Part shown: one piece after another, positions 12,476 to 24,809 of the stretch
Position numbering within the stretch: the first letter of the stretch is position 1
Layout: every line of letters starts with the position of its first letter
Assembly: GCA_907165135.1 (NCBI GenBank)
Contig: OU015567.1
Location: 15,376,001-15,440,000, forward strand
Origin: Oikopleura dioica
Lineage: Eukaryota; Animalia; Chordata
Length of the DNA stretch: 64,000 nt
Reading direction: 5' to 3'
Program-made: the position numbers and the translations under genes
Notes under the pieces: model-generated
The model's input: the letters and a program-made list of their open reading frames with translations, nothing else
Told to the model about the DNA's origin: nothing
The model's database searches: none

Positions 12476-13548
12476 TATAATTTAGCCTATAAAAGAACTT
12501 CTTTTGATGACCAGAAAAATGAAGTAAGGTTCGCTAAGAACCTTCTCATCGAACCGTACTTGAGAGGTCTATTTTGGCGAACCGTTCGTCAACCAAAATT
12601 TTCTTGCTTCGCTTGACGAACATTGAAATGTTTTCGCCTTTGCTTCGCTTTCGCCTTGATTTTTGGCAAATTTGAATGCCTGGGGTAGTAAAAATTTTGG
12701 GGGGTACTGAATTGTGCCGCCCTGCGCCGCCCAGCGTCGCCCGGTCCGAAACCATCCGGCTCTCATTCGACCCAACTATGACCTAGGAAATTGTTCTGAA
12801 CAAGAGCGAGAGTTTTGCCCCGCCAACCCAATGAGTTCTCTACCAGAAAATGCGCGCGTAAGGGCCTCTGCCTCGTCGCGCGCTCAATTAATTTGTGATT
12901 TTATGCCAAAATCTGAGTTTGGTTGAGAATTACTCTACTGGCACCCAAAATTATAGGATTGCCTTTTTAATTTTCAGACAATATAAATATGTCAGAATAA
13001 CTTACTTTATATAAAAATCAAAATTACCCGCTTTTGAAAGACAAAATTTTCGCTCGAGCGTCGCTCAAATGTCGCTCAAATGTCGCTCAGATTTCGCTCA
13101 AACCTCGCTCAAATCTCGCTCAAACGTCGCTCGCTCAGTCGCTCCGCTCGCTCAGCCGATATTTGAAAAATCTCGCTCAGCCACTCGCTCGCTCAGCCCT
13201 CGCTCAAACGTCGCTCGCTCATCGCTCGCTCAAATTCAAAATTTTTTGGCCAAATTTGGAACCCTGGTCTAATATGGGTAAAATTCCAAGTTTTTTTAAT
13301 GACCACGAAAAATTCCAATTTGAAGATTACAAATCATGTGAAAATAACGTTTATCAAGTGGGTCGACACTTTGCGCTAGAATTAATTACCAAAAACACAG
13401 CTTTTGGTGATCACCCCAGAAATATTTCAAATTTTGAAGTGATGATCCACCAAAGAGGGTTGGAATCCGCGTCGAGTTTTCAACACATCGAAATGATCAA
13501 AAATCAAGAATTTTAATTTTTAAACGGCTGAGCGGCGAGGGGAAATTT

Positions 13549-13752
13549 CAGGAAGTGAGAAATTCCGTTTCTTCACGATGGCAGTTATCAGAAAATCCGG
13601 AAGAATGTCCGACAGGCAACCACGCCCACGCGGATCATAGGGATTTTACATTTTGATAACAGATCGTGGTAAATTTCGTGAAACAGTGCCAAATTATTCC
13701 GAGCTCATTATCAGTTTCCTTTACGTGGCGGAATAATAATTTAACCTTATCA
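13549..13752. promoter_or_regulatory. Candidate enhancer: 4 GATA, 2 ETS and 1 KLF site
   Basis: CAGGAAGT 13549, CCGGAAG 13597; TGATAA/TTATCA at 13585, 13654, 13708, 13747; CCACGCCC 13620. Confidence 0.4.
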
Positions 13753-13819
13753 AACTTGTATCCAAAGAGCTAACCCTAACTCTATTAAATTTGGGCTCTC
13801 CAATGGAGTCTCCACTGAG

Positions 13820-14004
13820 CTTGACTCGGCTACCTGTGTAGAAAACCTGAGTCAGGATCTGAATGATCTCAAATGAAAAGCCGCGTAGCGGCTTTTATAA
13901 CGAAGCCGCGAAGCGGCTTTGCAAAATAATCATTAGGCGGCTTTTCACTTGAGATCATTCAGATCCTAACTCAGGTTTTCTACGCATCAGGTTGCCGATC
14001 CCGA
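13820..14004. mobile_element. MITE family A copy
   Basis: Left TIR core and mirrored internal sequence; right TIR slightly diverged. Confidence 0.8.
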
Positions 14005-14230
14005 TATTGAGGAATATTCAATCTGATCAAATAAGGGCCGTCGGATTAGGAGACCCCCTTTTATATCAATTTCTTTTTTAGTGTTTTAGCCAGAGAAACT
14101 CTGTTTTAGAGCTTCCGTATAACATTGCCAAATCCCTACTAGTAGTAGCCTCGTAGCGAAAACTTACTCACCCACAAATAAGCAAATCAACCCCATATTC
14201 CCACAACAAGCCCTATACAAAATAAAAAAG

Positions 14231-14380
14231 GGATAAGCTGATAAGCCGACCGTGATCGTGGGAGAGCATTATTTGCGATATTTTCGAAACGAGAACTCAG
14301 AGGGAGCTCAACCCCAGCGCGGGTCAAGGGGAGGTCACGAGGGATTAAAAACTGATAAGGTGATTATGGGGATTGATAAG
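14231..14380. promoter_or_regulatory. Candidate enhancer: GATA cluster with nuclear-receptor DR5
   Basis: Three TGATAAG plus one GGATAAG; GGGTCA-AGGGG-AGGTCA at 14321-14337. Confidence 0.35.
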
Positions 14381-16351
14381 AGTAGTAAAAGCTAATAGTG
14401 AAAATTGGGGTATCAATTGGGATATCTAACTAGGGCAGTTCTTTGTTTGGATTGCGAAAGAAGAGCTAATTACTATCTGATTGCACTTTTGCTAAAAACG
14501 ACAGAAGTGTTACTGTAACACTATTGCTTCTTTGTGGAATTCAGTTAATGAAAAATTCACTGTATCGATCGGATAACCTTAATCAACCGATTACACCTTG
14601 TTTAATCCTCTTCTTAACATTAAAAATTTTGAATTTTTCATAATCTCCGTGGCCCCCCGCTGCGCACGCTTATCAGCGCAGCGGGCGACCGTCAAAATGG
14701 GGATTAATTGATTAACTCACAGCCTTACTCGAGTGGTCGCTTACAAATTTAATGAGCAAATTTGCGCTTCTATAAGTTGTTTAGTCAGGAGAAAGTTGAG
14801 CGTTCTTTTAGGCACACAAAAGGGCACACACGCATCTAACTTTTGGCGTGGTTTGACAAGTAAGGGGCTACTAATTAGACGGGAAAGGGTTTGAATGGAC
14901 AAATAAAAATCACGGCGGAAAAACCCGTTGAAATTTGAAAAAGGGATTTGAAGAGACTAAATGATTTTCGATACGAAATCTGGCGTGAGACATACTGTCT
15001 TGAAAATTCGAGTTTCAACCATTCTAATCCCTTTTTAGCATCTGGAACTGGCTGGCATTTGATCGATATTCTAGACTGAGTGCTAGAAACCTGTTCTCTT
15101 ATGATCAACTCCATCGATTAGATAATTAATCCGGCACTTTTGCTCCTTTGAAGGCCGATTTTCCGCCGCGCCGATTTGAAAGTAATCGTCATTTTTTTGG
15201 TGACAATATGGCGACCAGCGCGGAGGCCAGAGTACAGGGCAGCCGCTTCCCGGAACCTGTCACCAATGGCGGCGCGGAAAAGGGATTGATCATTTACTTT
15301 CCGGTTTCGACGCGAAAGATGAAAAAGGGAGGGACGCTAAGGCCACGTGGACAATTTGTCAGCTGATAGAAAATGGCTATTTTCGGAAAGTGATGAAATC
15401 TGAAAGTTGATTTTTTGAGGACCTCTCTTGAAAGCGGACTGGGGTTGAAAATGCCACGATCGCCAGCTTGGCTCATTATAAGCTTTATGCAATTCAAAAA
15501 TCCAAAAATTCGAAAATTTGCTATTTATTCAAACTTCTCTCCAACTCTCGAGGAGCATCTCATCAAATTTCAATAAAAATTCACAACTCAAAAGCCACCC
15601 ATTTTCTACCCCTATTTTCGTCTGATAAGTGCAGCTCACTTCTAATTCCAAAAATTTGGCACAGAATCGACCACTCCACCGTCTTATCCGCTATTCAAGG
15701 GCGTCCGCAGCCTTTTTTCCTCGAAAAGCGGCTCTGGAATTGGATTTTTTTGGCAGTTTTTTCATTGCGTTTTTGGCTAAATTATTTGGCGCTCATATAA
15801 TAACCTTTTTTTGGTGAAAAATAAACAAAAAATTGATAAAAGCAGCATTTTTTTATCATCGAATTGGGCTAAAACTCATTCCAAAATCGACCAAAATTCA
15901 ATTTTAGAATCAACAAAAGCTTGGTAGAAGTCTACTTGTGCACGAACAAGCCCCATTAGGAGCCTAAAGATCAACCCAAGCCACCATTTTTAGCTGGTCG
16001 ACCTTCCTCTTCCTGGAAAAGGCAGGCTGTCTGCGCGACAGCGCCGCCTACCCCGCTGCGCCAAAGCGCGTTTTGCGCCGCGGCGCGCGATAAGAAGGAG
16101 TCCCTCGATAAAACAACAAAACTCGAAGAGCAGGTCTAAACTCACAAAAAGAGCCAAACCGCGAAAAAAAAGTTTGAACAGAAAACAAGTAAAACGGCCA
16201 CAAGTTGAAGACTTTGCCAAAGTCAAGTTTTAAATTTTTCGCTGAAAAAACATTCACACGAAGAAAAAAAAAAGAATTTAAACTTCCGCAGTGAAACATT
16301 TAGAGAGGTTCCAATAAAAAATAAGAAGAAGACTTCACAGAAACTTTAAAG

Positions 16352-19300
16352 ATGAAGGTAAGAAATGAAAAAGACACAGTATTTTTCTTAAGGGTACTAC
16401 CTTCGACTTCCAACTTCCAAGGCCAAATTATTCAAGGCCAAAGTTGGGGAAATCGAAGGTAGTACCCTTAACAAAAACTTTCTTTGGCCCAATAATAAGA
16501 TAAAGAAGAAGATGGAGTACTTTTATAATCCAAAAAATGAGCGTCAATTATGCCCCATAAAATCTATTTTCACAGGTCAATTACCAAAACAACCAGACTT
16601 CCCCAGACCGGACGGGTCGGCCACTTTTTTTCCTAATTTTCCCGCTTGGCACCAATTTCCTGGCTAATTACTTCTGACACGTAAATCTGAGAGGTGCGCC
16701 AAGTCTTTTGTTGGGCTCATCCCCTTTTCTTACAAATTGTTCTTGAGTTCTTGCCAAATGGGCCTCTCGAAGTTCGCCTAATTTAAAATCAATATGACAC
16801 AGATTATAAAGATTAGATAGACTCTAAGAGCTGAATATTTTATAAAATCATAATAGCATGACATCGATTTGCTTTATATAAAAAAAGGAACGCTTATCTC
16901 ACTTTGGAGCGTGGCCAATAGGATTGTAAAACAATTAACATAAAAACGGACAACATTCAGAGCACCTGGGCGCTTCTCTGTTTTTGGACTCGTGAGAAAC
17001 CCTCGAGTTCGATAATCTCCACTTTGCTCAAGAAGTGCTCTTTTATGGCCAAAAATGTAAATGGACAAAATAAGGTTCTACTTCTTTGAAAAATTCTACT
17101 TCGAGTGCTTCGGCAACTTTTATTTTAAAAATAGAAATGGCTATACATTTGCCAAAGCAGGAACCAAAAAGGTTACATAATCAATTAACAAAAACTAGCA
17201 GAAAAACCTTGACATTTCTCTCCACAAATATCATGGCCTAGAATTTCGTCACAACAACCTGATTATGGGTGTGACCTTCTACCGCGTTGACCCTAATTTT
17301 CCGAAAATCTTAAGCGCCCGGCCGACCCCTTTCATCCCTTTCTAGCGCCGTTTTATTCTAATAAGCCGGATCCTAATACCTTTGTGCCAGAAATTTTTTG
17401 TGGTACTTTTTCGGTGCTTTTTTGAAATGCAAATTTTTTATTATAGTGATTTTCTTATGTAAATTTTCACTTTTTCAGGTGTTTTGGTTGACGATATTGC
17501 CTGCACTGACCACAGCGGCGATTTGCCTCAAAGACACTCTGCTTCCTGTATGCGGCGGCGAGTTCAAGGCGTACAACTCGACCTTCCTTCCGAATCTTTT
17601 GGGCCAATGGTCGGCCTCAGAAGTGGCCCAGACCGCAGCAGCCCTCTTTCCTCTCCGCGCTGTTGGCTGCTCCGCGCATTTGGATCTCTTTCTTTGCTCA
17701 ACTCTTTCCCCAGTCTGCCCTGGCTCCAATCCTGAAGGCGTTTTGCCCTATTTGATCCCGATTCCACCCTGCCAGAATTTGTGCGAAATCGTTGTTTCCG
17801 ATTGTTCTGGAATCATGGAAGAGTTCGGCATTGATCTTCCCGAACTTTTCAACTGCCGGCAATTTCCTGACTCTCGAACGCAGCCAAGGTAGATTCCAAC
17901 CAGTTTTTCTTTCCCTCAACATAAATTCTAGCGCTTCTTGCATTCCTCCATCAGACCACACCGAGCCTCTGCCAAAATCACTCATCAAATGGACCAAAAC
18001 CCAAGTCAAACTTGATCCAGCCGTCTCCAAAGGTCTCCAGCAACAGTGCCCCAAAGCCCTGATGACTTCTGATGCTTCCAAAACCTTCGCTGGAATCGCC
18101 TCCTGCGAAAAGCCCTGCGACCCGATGGCAAAAGAAACTCGAGATGTCACTTTGGTCCGAATGGTGATGGCTGTCTTTTGCGTTGTTTCTGCTATGATTT
18201 CTTCGTTCTCCATCATCATCTTTCTCAAAGATCGAAAACGGTAAGCAAAAAGAATATTCACCACGTGACTAGCCTTGACCCCAAATAGAAAATCACCTGT
18301 AGATATAATCGGCCGTGTTTTTTTTCGAATTTTGATTATGCAAAAATCTTGTCCGATAACTGCCAGCTTTTTTCCAAAAAGGGCCTTGCACGTGACCCCA
18401 AATAATAACCGAGCTCCGGAAATGTGCTGTTTTGGATATTCGAAAATGGAATAAAAAGGAAGTTTTCGGAGAGGACCGTAAAATTGTTCAAGCATCATTG
18501 CTTCGAATATAAAAATCAGGTGTGAGGAAAAACGCAATTGGGGAAATCGGAAGCGATTTACAACGCGAGTATGTGTATTTATTCGAACACAGTTTTCAAA
18601 CATTTTGACAGGTGCGCCATAAAAAAAGAAATCGTTAAAAAAGGGGTTTGTTGTTCCCCCGGCACTCCGGTTTTTCGCTACCCTAGGTACCTATAATTAG
18701 ATACTCGCTTATCGATTCAACCCTTATCGACCGCGCTTTGATCATCAGAAAGGGGCTTATCTTGCTTTTTCCAAGAGGCAGACAGCAAGAAAGCTGTCTC
18801 AGAAGAGTGGAAAACCCACAGAGCGGGGCAAATCCTCTTCCGTTTTCCACGTGACTGGCCACATGACAACTTCCACATAGAGATACCTTGTAACCTTTCT
18901 AAATCCGTGTTGGCACATTTCCGGCTGTGTTTTTGGACAAACAAGAGAATCCAAAATTTTTCCATAAATTCCGGCAAATTATCGGTACTTCCGGAAAACA
19001 GCCCGTTTTCAACTGCTCAAAATAACAAAACTTTTCTTCAGATTTGTCTATCCCGAACGACCAACGCTGTACTTTGCCCTCTGCTACTTCATCATTTCCA
19101 TCACTGTTCTTGCCACGCTCATTTCTCCAGAAGAATCTGCCTGCGCTGCTAAAAGTGATGAATCTGGCATTTCTGCGCTTTTTGCTGGCTGGAAGTCAAG
19201 CCAGTGCGTCGCTACTTTTTCCATTGTCTTCTTTTTTCAAGGTAAGAAAAAAGAATCAATTATTTTTCAAATGCAAAGTTTTCTTCAAAACAGAACAAAT

Positions 19301-20053
19301 AATAATCATTATTTTTAAGTTGCTGCGACCATGTGGTGGCTTGTCCTGGTCCTTATCTGGGGTCTATCCCTCATCCTCGACCTCAACCTCGAAGTCATCG
19401 AATCCAAAGGCCGCTACCTCCACCTCTTCGCCTGGACACCCGCGTTGGCACTCACAACGATCGCCGTTCTCCAAAAACGCATCCAGGCCGACCCGTTTCT
19501 CGGAATTTGCGCACTTGACGGCGACCTCTCGAGCTTTTACTTTTTCTCGCTTCTTCCTCTCGTCAGCTTGACTCTCGTTGGTCTCGTCACTTTCATCGCC
19601 GGTTTGAAGAAACTGCTCTGCGTCAACTCCGACTTTGGATCCGTCTTTACCTCTGCCCCGAAGCTGGAACAGTTTCTCTTTAGAATCTCCGCCTTTTCTT
19701 GCTGCTTTCTCATCCCCAAAATCGCCGAGGAAATTCTCAAGATGTCATTCTCCAGCTTGGCCCCTCTTCTCGAATCTACCTGGTACCACGACAACTGCGC
19801 AGATCTTGGCGTCCCTTGCCCGCTCGGAGTTAGCCCAAACAAATACATCGAGCCCCTGACCGTCCTTCTTCGCTACGTCTTCTTCATCATTCCAAGCTGG
19901 GCTCCAATGGTCTGGCTCGCTAATGGAAAAAGCCTTCGCGCCTGGGGAATCAACTCAGACTCCCATTCAGCTGGAATCGAAAGCTCGCTGGAAGACTCAT
20001 CTCTGTCCAGCTCACAGCATTCCCGGGAAGACTCTCAAATCCAAACTGTATAA
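16352..20053 (+). CDS. FZD: Frizzled family Wnt receptor (divergent; subfamily not assigned)
   Basis: Micro-exon ATG AAG (16352-16357) spliced to 17479 gives signal peptide MKVFWLTILPALTTA; 10-Cys CRD (PNLLGQ, C..HLDLFLCS..SPVC, PCQNLCE); FVYPERP; MWWLVL; KSLRAW; C-terminal QTV. Confidence 0.92.
16392..16467. mobile_element. 76-bp TTAA-flanked mini-MITE in frizzled intron 1
   Basis: TTAA-GGGTACTACCTTCGA...TCGAAGGTAGTACCC-TTAA. Confidence 0.75.
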
Positions 20054-20419
20054 ACTTTCCAAGAATAGTACCATTCGTTCTGTAAATTTTTATTTATTCT
20101 GTAAAATCTTTTGTTCATTTTTATGTAAATTGCCCAGATTGGGAAAATAAAGTAGAAAAAGAAGAAATGATGTCTTTTTAATATTTTGTGAGACTTGTGG
20201 TCTACGTATTTTCTATTATTCAATGAATAGAAAAATCTATCTTGCCTCCATCAACCCTCAGTATATACAGGCGATAAAAGCTCCTTTTACAGTAGCAGGA
20301 CGGGAGAATACGTCAGAAGGTGAAATCTTTAATGTTTTTAGCAGAAAAGAGACGAGTTTTTTAGAGAAAAAGGGGCTTCAAAATGCTAATTTGGATATAT
20401 TGACAATATGTGTTCCATA

Positions 20420-21600
20420 TATTCTCTGGGATAAGAGATCTGGCGACCGAAGAGTATTATAAAGCATGGCCTGGGATGGCTAATAATGATATGCTAAGGA
20501 GATATTGCGACCTTGGGCAACTGACAGAAGCTACGAATTGAGCTCTTCCCAATAATTTGCGTCTTTGACTGGGGCTAATTTGCGCCTTTCAGAAAATCTA
20601 ACTTACTCGGACATTTTTTTATTACTTGGATGGAAGGCTGCCTTTGTTTGAATTGTGGAACCTTTTTTCAGAGAATCGCAAGAGCTAGGAAAGAAATTTC
20701 TCTTTGGGTAATTTACTATCCCAAATAACTTTCTCTTAACAATTTATAAGGGGTGCATCGACTCGTGCTTTTTGGTCGTTTTCGGCTGGGGAAAGGATGA
20801 AAATCTAACAGCAGTAATTCACCCGATTAAAACATCAGTCATGAATAAAAGAGAAGCCGATGGTGGAGAATCAGATTCGAATACCGACGAAGGAACTATT
20901 CTAATAGAAAATCTTAAAGAATGCAAGATGTGTTGAGTGCTAATTTTGCTCGAGAAATTTTGAATGGAGTTCAGAGGGATATCAAATTGAAGACATGGAT
21001 GAGTGCTTTGGATATATGATCAGAGGGGAATTGGAGCCAGACGACGATGATAGGACTTGTTTTTATTACGACTAAGAAAACCGACTTTGTTTAATTGAGA
21101 TTTTAAAAACTCATATAAAGTGAAGGAGGCTCTGATTCGGGTGGGGAAGTGGGGATCATCGCTGAAGTCCAGGAAAGGGTAAATTATACTGTATAATTTA
21201 TACATAAGAAGAGATATCAGATAGATTTGGCCTCCGAGTCTATTTTTAGATAAAAAAAGTAAAAGCAGAGTATAAAACTTTTTAATAAAGGAATACGATG
21301 TTGGGTACGATGACGAAATTGCCGAGATGAATATTTCCGGTAACAAAACTAACCAAAAATGACTTGATGTGCTTATAAAACTTATAATCACATGTTGTAA
21401 CTACTGATACTAAAGATTATGCTTCGGAAACTGATTTGAGTTCCAACTCTTCGCTTGATGCCAGTACTGATTAGGTGTTCAATGCTGTCCGATTACAGGC
21501 GACTTTAACGCGTTTTCCTCTTAGATGGAGATGGTGACAATGACGACGAAGAAAGCGACTACGAAACTGAAGCTAATGATCTTGAAATTGCCATATTTCT
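20420..21600 (+). pseudogene. Possible decayed gene with CUB-like and acidic segments
   Basis: Stop-interrupted fragments such as EGYQIEDMDECFGYMI and DGDNDDEESDYETE with intron-like GT/AG breaks. Weak. Confidence 0.25.
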
Positions 21601-22919
21601 ATAGCACTGGATACTGATTAATAAAGCATCAAAGAGGTAGTTGTCTAAAAGGATGAGAGCTAGGCAGGCTGCACTTGAGGCAACTTGAGAGTGCTGATAA
21701 GAAGAGCTCTCACCTCGTAGATCAACCTGTGCTCAAGTAAAGTGCGAGCCAAGGCTGTATTCTGCAACATTTCACCGGCGGCCTCTATTATCGTCTTTGC
21801 TCATCATCTTAATAGTGTTGATTCTCCATGATTTCATGAAAGGATTTCTGAATGATCCTTTTTTTTCAAGAATAAAAGTTATTAATTAATTGAGTCATAT
21901 TCTGCCGGATAGCCGGTTAGGGTGGTCGGCGACTCGCGAGTTCTATTTTATAAATATTTTAAATAAAGGAGTGTTCTAGATTCTTGAGCCGTTGTTTTTG
22001 CGTTGTCAAAATTGTTCCTTCAAAAGAGAATTTGAATAAAAGGGCTTCCGTTCAAAGGTAAATATTCATTATTCATATTCGCGCTTTCTATTACTAATAC
22101 TACCGAAACAACTCTTTCAATTTTCAACTTAAAAGAGTCTTCTTTGAAAACAACTCCAGATAACCGATTAAGGGACCCCGCCGACCAAGCTACGCGCGCG
22201 CATCTCGCCCGTTTTCACTCTCACTCTTCAGCTGGTTTAATTTTCTCGATTATCGTTATTTTTTGTAGACTAACTAAACTTTTTATGCTCTTTCATTTAC
22301 ATTTCTAAAAATTTCCATAGCTTATTGCTACGCTGAGTTAGGGCGAAAACGGTGACGCTCGATTTCGAGTGAACATAAGTACTCGAAATATTCGGATTGA
22401 CATTTCGAGACTGCCCTCATTAAAAAGCCCGTGCCTCCTTGCATAAGGCTTACTTATTGAGATTTACTAGAAATTTATGCAGCTCTCGTAATCGAGCGGT
22501 TTATAAAGGTTCTTCTGACCAGCGCAGCGGGAATCCCGCGCCAACAGTGTAAAATGGCCGTGTTTCACGCCGAGCGCTCCAGGTAACCCGCATTAATCAC
22601 CTATGCAATAACACATTGATTTTTTATCGACTTTCCATTTTCGTGGCTACCCTTTGGCGCGCAGTCTTACAAGGCCCTGCACTACTACTTTTTTCCTAGC
22701 CACTCAGCTGCGACAAAAACTTTTCGCCTTACGCTTTGCTCAAATATTTTTTCAATTGAAGAGTGAAATTGAATTTGGTAACCCCTCGAGAGTTGCGCTT
22801 TTGACCTTCTCTCCGGCAGAAGAGAAGACAGCCTTAGACGCAAATATTTAACGAGTTTTTTTAACAGAAGAGAAGTAACAAAAGAAGACAAAAATAAAAG
22901 AAGAAAAAGAAGCAAAATA

Positions 22920-24310
22920 ATGAAGGGAGAGAAAGTGCTCAGACTGAGTCCGTCTGATAGACTCGCTTTTCAGCCGCCGTTTGAGAAGATATCAGAAGCG
23001 AAATTGCTCATCTCGAATATTTCAAATGAAACAGTTGCTTTCAAAATTAAGACCACTGCACCTAAAAGGTAAGGTCTTTTTTCTTTCAGCTTCTTTTTCG
23101 ATAAATCATTAACTGTTCAGTAAAAATTACTCAGTACTCTAAGACTGGGCTCGGCAATTTGTGTGGAAAACCTGAGTCAGGGTCTAAAAACGAAGACGCT
23201 TGCAGACCCTGACTCAGGTTTTCTACACAGGTTCCCGGGCCCAGTTCTAAGCCCTCTAAAAATTCCTAAATACTAGTTTTACAGCTTTTTTTCTTTGTTT
23301 AAAATCATCCTGCTGTAAAAATAAAAATTTTTAATAACAAATTAAGGTATTGCGTTCGCCCAAATACCGGTGTCATCGGCCCACTGGAGTCCAAAGAAAT
23401 TAACATTGCCCTTCAACCAGGAGACATCAACCAACGCCACAAATTCATGATCCAAAGCATCATTTACCCGGAAAACTTCGCAGATCTTGACACCCAAAAG
23501 CTCCAATCACTCTGGGTAAAAACTAATCGAGAAAATCATTTGCTAAAAGCTATTTAGTCCGTGGGAAAGGAAGATTTAATGAGCCAGAAACTTGCCGTTG
23601 ATTTTCTGACAGAAAATGGATCTACAGTAAGTAATTTGGCTGAGTGATAACATGGAGGATTAACAAATGTTAATCTCCACTTCTTTGATCCAAAAGACGA
23701 AAAACTCCTTTTAGGTAATTGAAGACAAGCTTCAAACGCACAACAAGTCTCTCTCTGAAACAGTCATTCCAACTACCACAAGACGTAAGTTCAAAAAGTG
23801 CTTTCTCGGAATAAATTAAAAAATGGTAGAACCAGAGCGAGTTCAATTCGACGTTTCAACAAATGAAGTTCGCGAGCGCAAGAAATCGCCAAAAGTCTCG
23901 ACTCCAGAACAAACAGCAGAATCCAAGGAAAATAAAGATGCAGCGCAAATTGCAGAGTTAAAAGGAAAACTCGCTGATGCTATGAAGCAAATTGAAATTC
24001 TATCAAGGTAAGTAGTCTTTTTAGTCGTATTTTCCTAGATAAAATAAGCTCGGGCTCAGCAAACTGTGTAGAAAACCTGAGTCAGGGTTCTGGTCAGCTG
24101 AGCGGCTTTTATCAAAGCTCTCTCAGGACCCTGACTCAGGTTTTCTGCACAAGTTGCTGAGCCCAGAACAAGCGTCTTGAAATACCGGTAGTTACTTTCG
24201 TTTATTACTCCGATTTTAGCTCACCAGTGGAAGCAGACAGCAAAAACCTAGCGATTTACCTGGCCATTGCGTTTTTCTTCGGCTTAATTTTGTCCTCCCT
24301 TTTCTACTAA
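22920..24310 (+). CDS. VAPA/VAPB: VAMP-associated protein (MSP domain, coiled coil, C-terminal TM)
   Basis: [27 protein letters not shown], coiled coil and C-terminal LAIYLAIAFFFGLILSSLFY. Confidence 0.95.
23145..23244. mobile_element. MITE family A short copy in VAP intron 1
   Basis: CTGGG...CCCAG; flanks CTCTAAGA/TTCTAAGC (6/8). Confidence 0.85.
24051..24166. mobile_element. MITE family A short copy in last VAP intron
   Basis: Both TIRs; flanks AATAAGCT/AACAAGCG (6/8). Confidence 0.85.
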
Positions 24311-24421
24311 ATAATGTCACCACCACTCGATCGTCCGCGTGTTCAACATCCTTTCTTTTACCTATCTTCATTTAAACAACTAGATCTCACCTGCAACTCT
24401 TTTTATACAGTAAAACCAATA

Positions 24422-24809
24422 CAGTCGGAGTCCAAAATAAGGGACTTTTTTTGCTCCCAAATTTTCGAAGAAAGTCCCTTAAATTGGGTCATCAAAGCAA
24501 AAAATGTGTCGCTTGCAAATTTTTTCGAAGCATAATTTTGCCGCAAAATAAGCTTAAGTTATTGTTTTTAGGGCTTTTAATACCTTTTTTGAAAGAGGAA
24601 AACATATTTTGCAAGAAAAATCACTTCAGTTTGTCCCAAAACCGGTTGAAATTAAGGATATTGATACCCTTCATCAGCTGTCAACTAACTGAAAAACGCT
24701 AACTAATCTTAGAAAGTCCCTTAAATTGGATTTTTTTCTGCCGCAGATTTTAGGCATTTTGAGCCAAAAAGTCCCTTATCTTGGTGTCCCTTATTTCGGA
24801 CTCCGACTG
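24422..24809. mobile_element. Tc1/mariner-type MITE
   Basis: 24-bp TIR CAGTCGGAGTCC(A/G)AAATAAGGGAC with TA TSD on both sides. Confidence 0.9.

Larger units (their letters stand above)
10317..13266. mobile_element. 2.95-kb non-autonomous hAT-like composite element
   Basis: 11-bp perfect TIR CAGGGTTCCAA; perfect 8-bp TSD GTCTAATA at 10309-10316 and 13267-13274; GAGCGA arrays at the left end and TCGCTC arrays at the right end; no transposase ORF. Confidence 0.9.

Noticed and set aside
13034-13516. 160-aa ORF rich in S/L/A/R
   Set aside because: Translation of the TCGCTC subterminal repeat array.
17698-18603. 301-aa minus-strand ORF
   Set aside because: Antisense shadow over frizzled exons and introns; no motifs.
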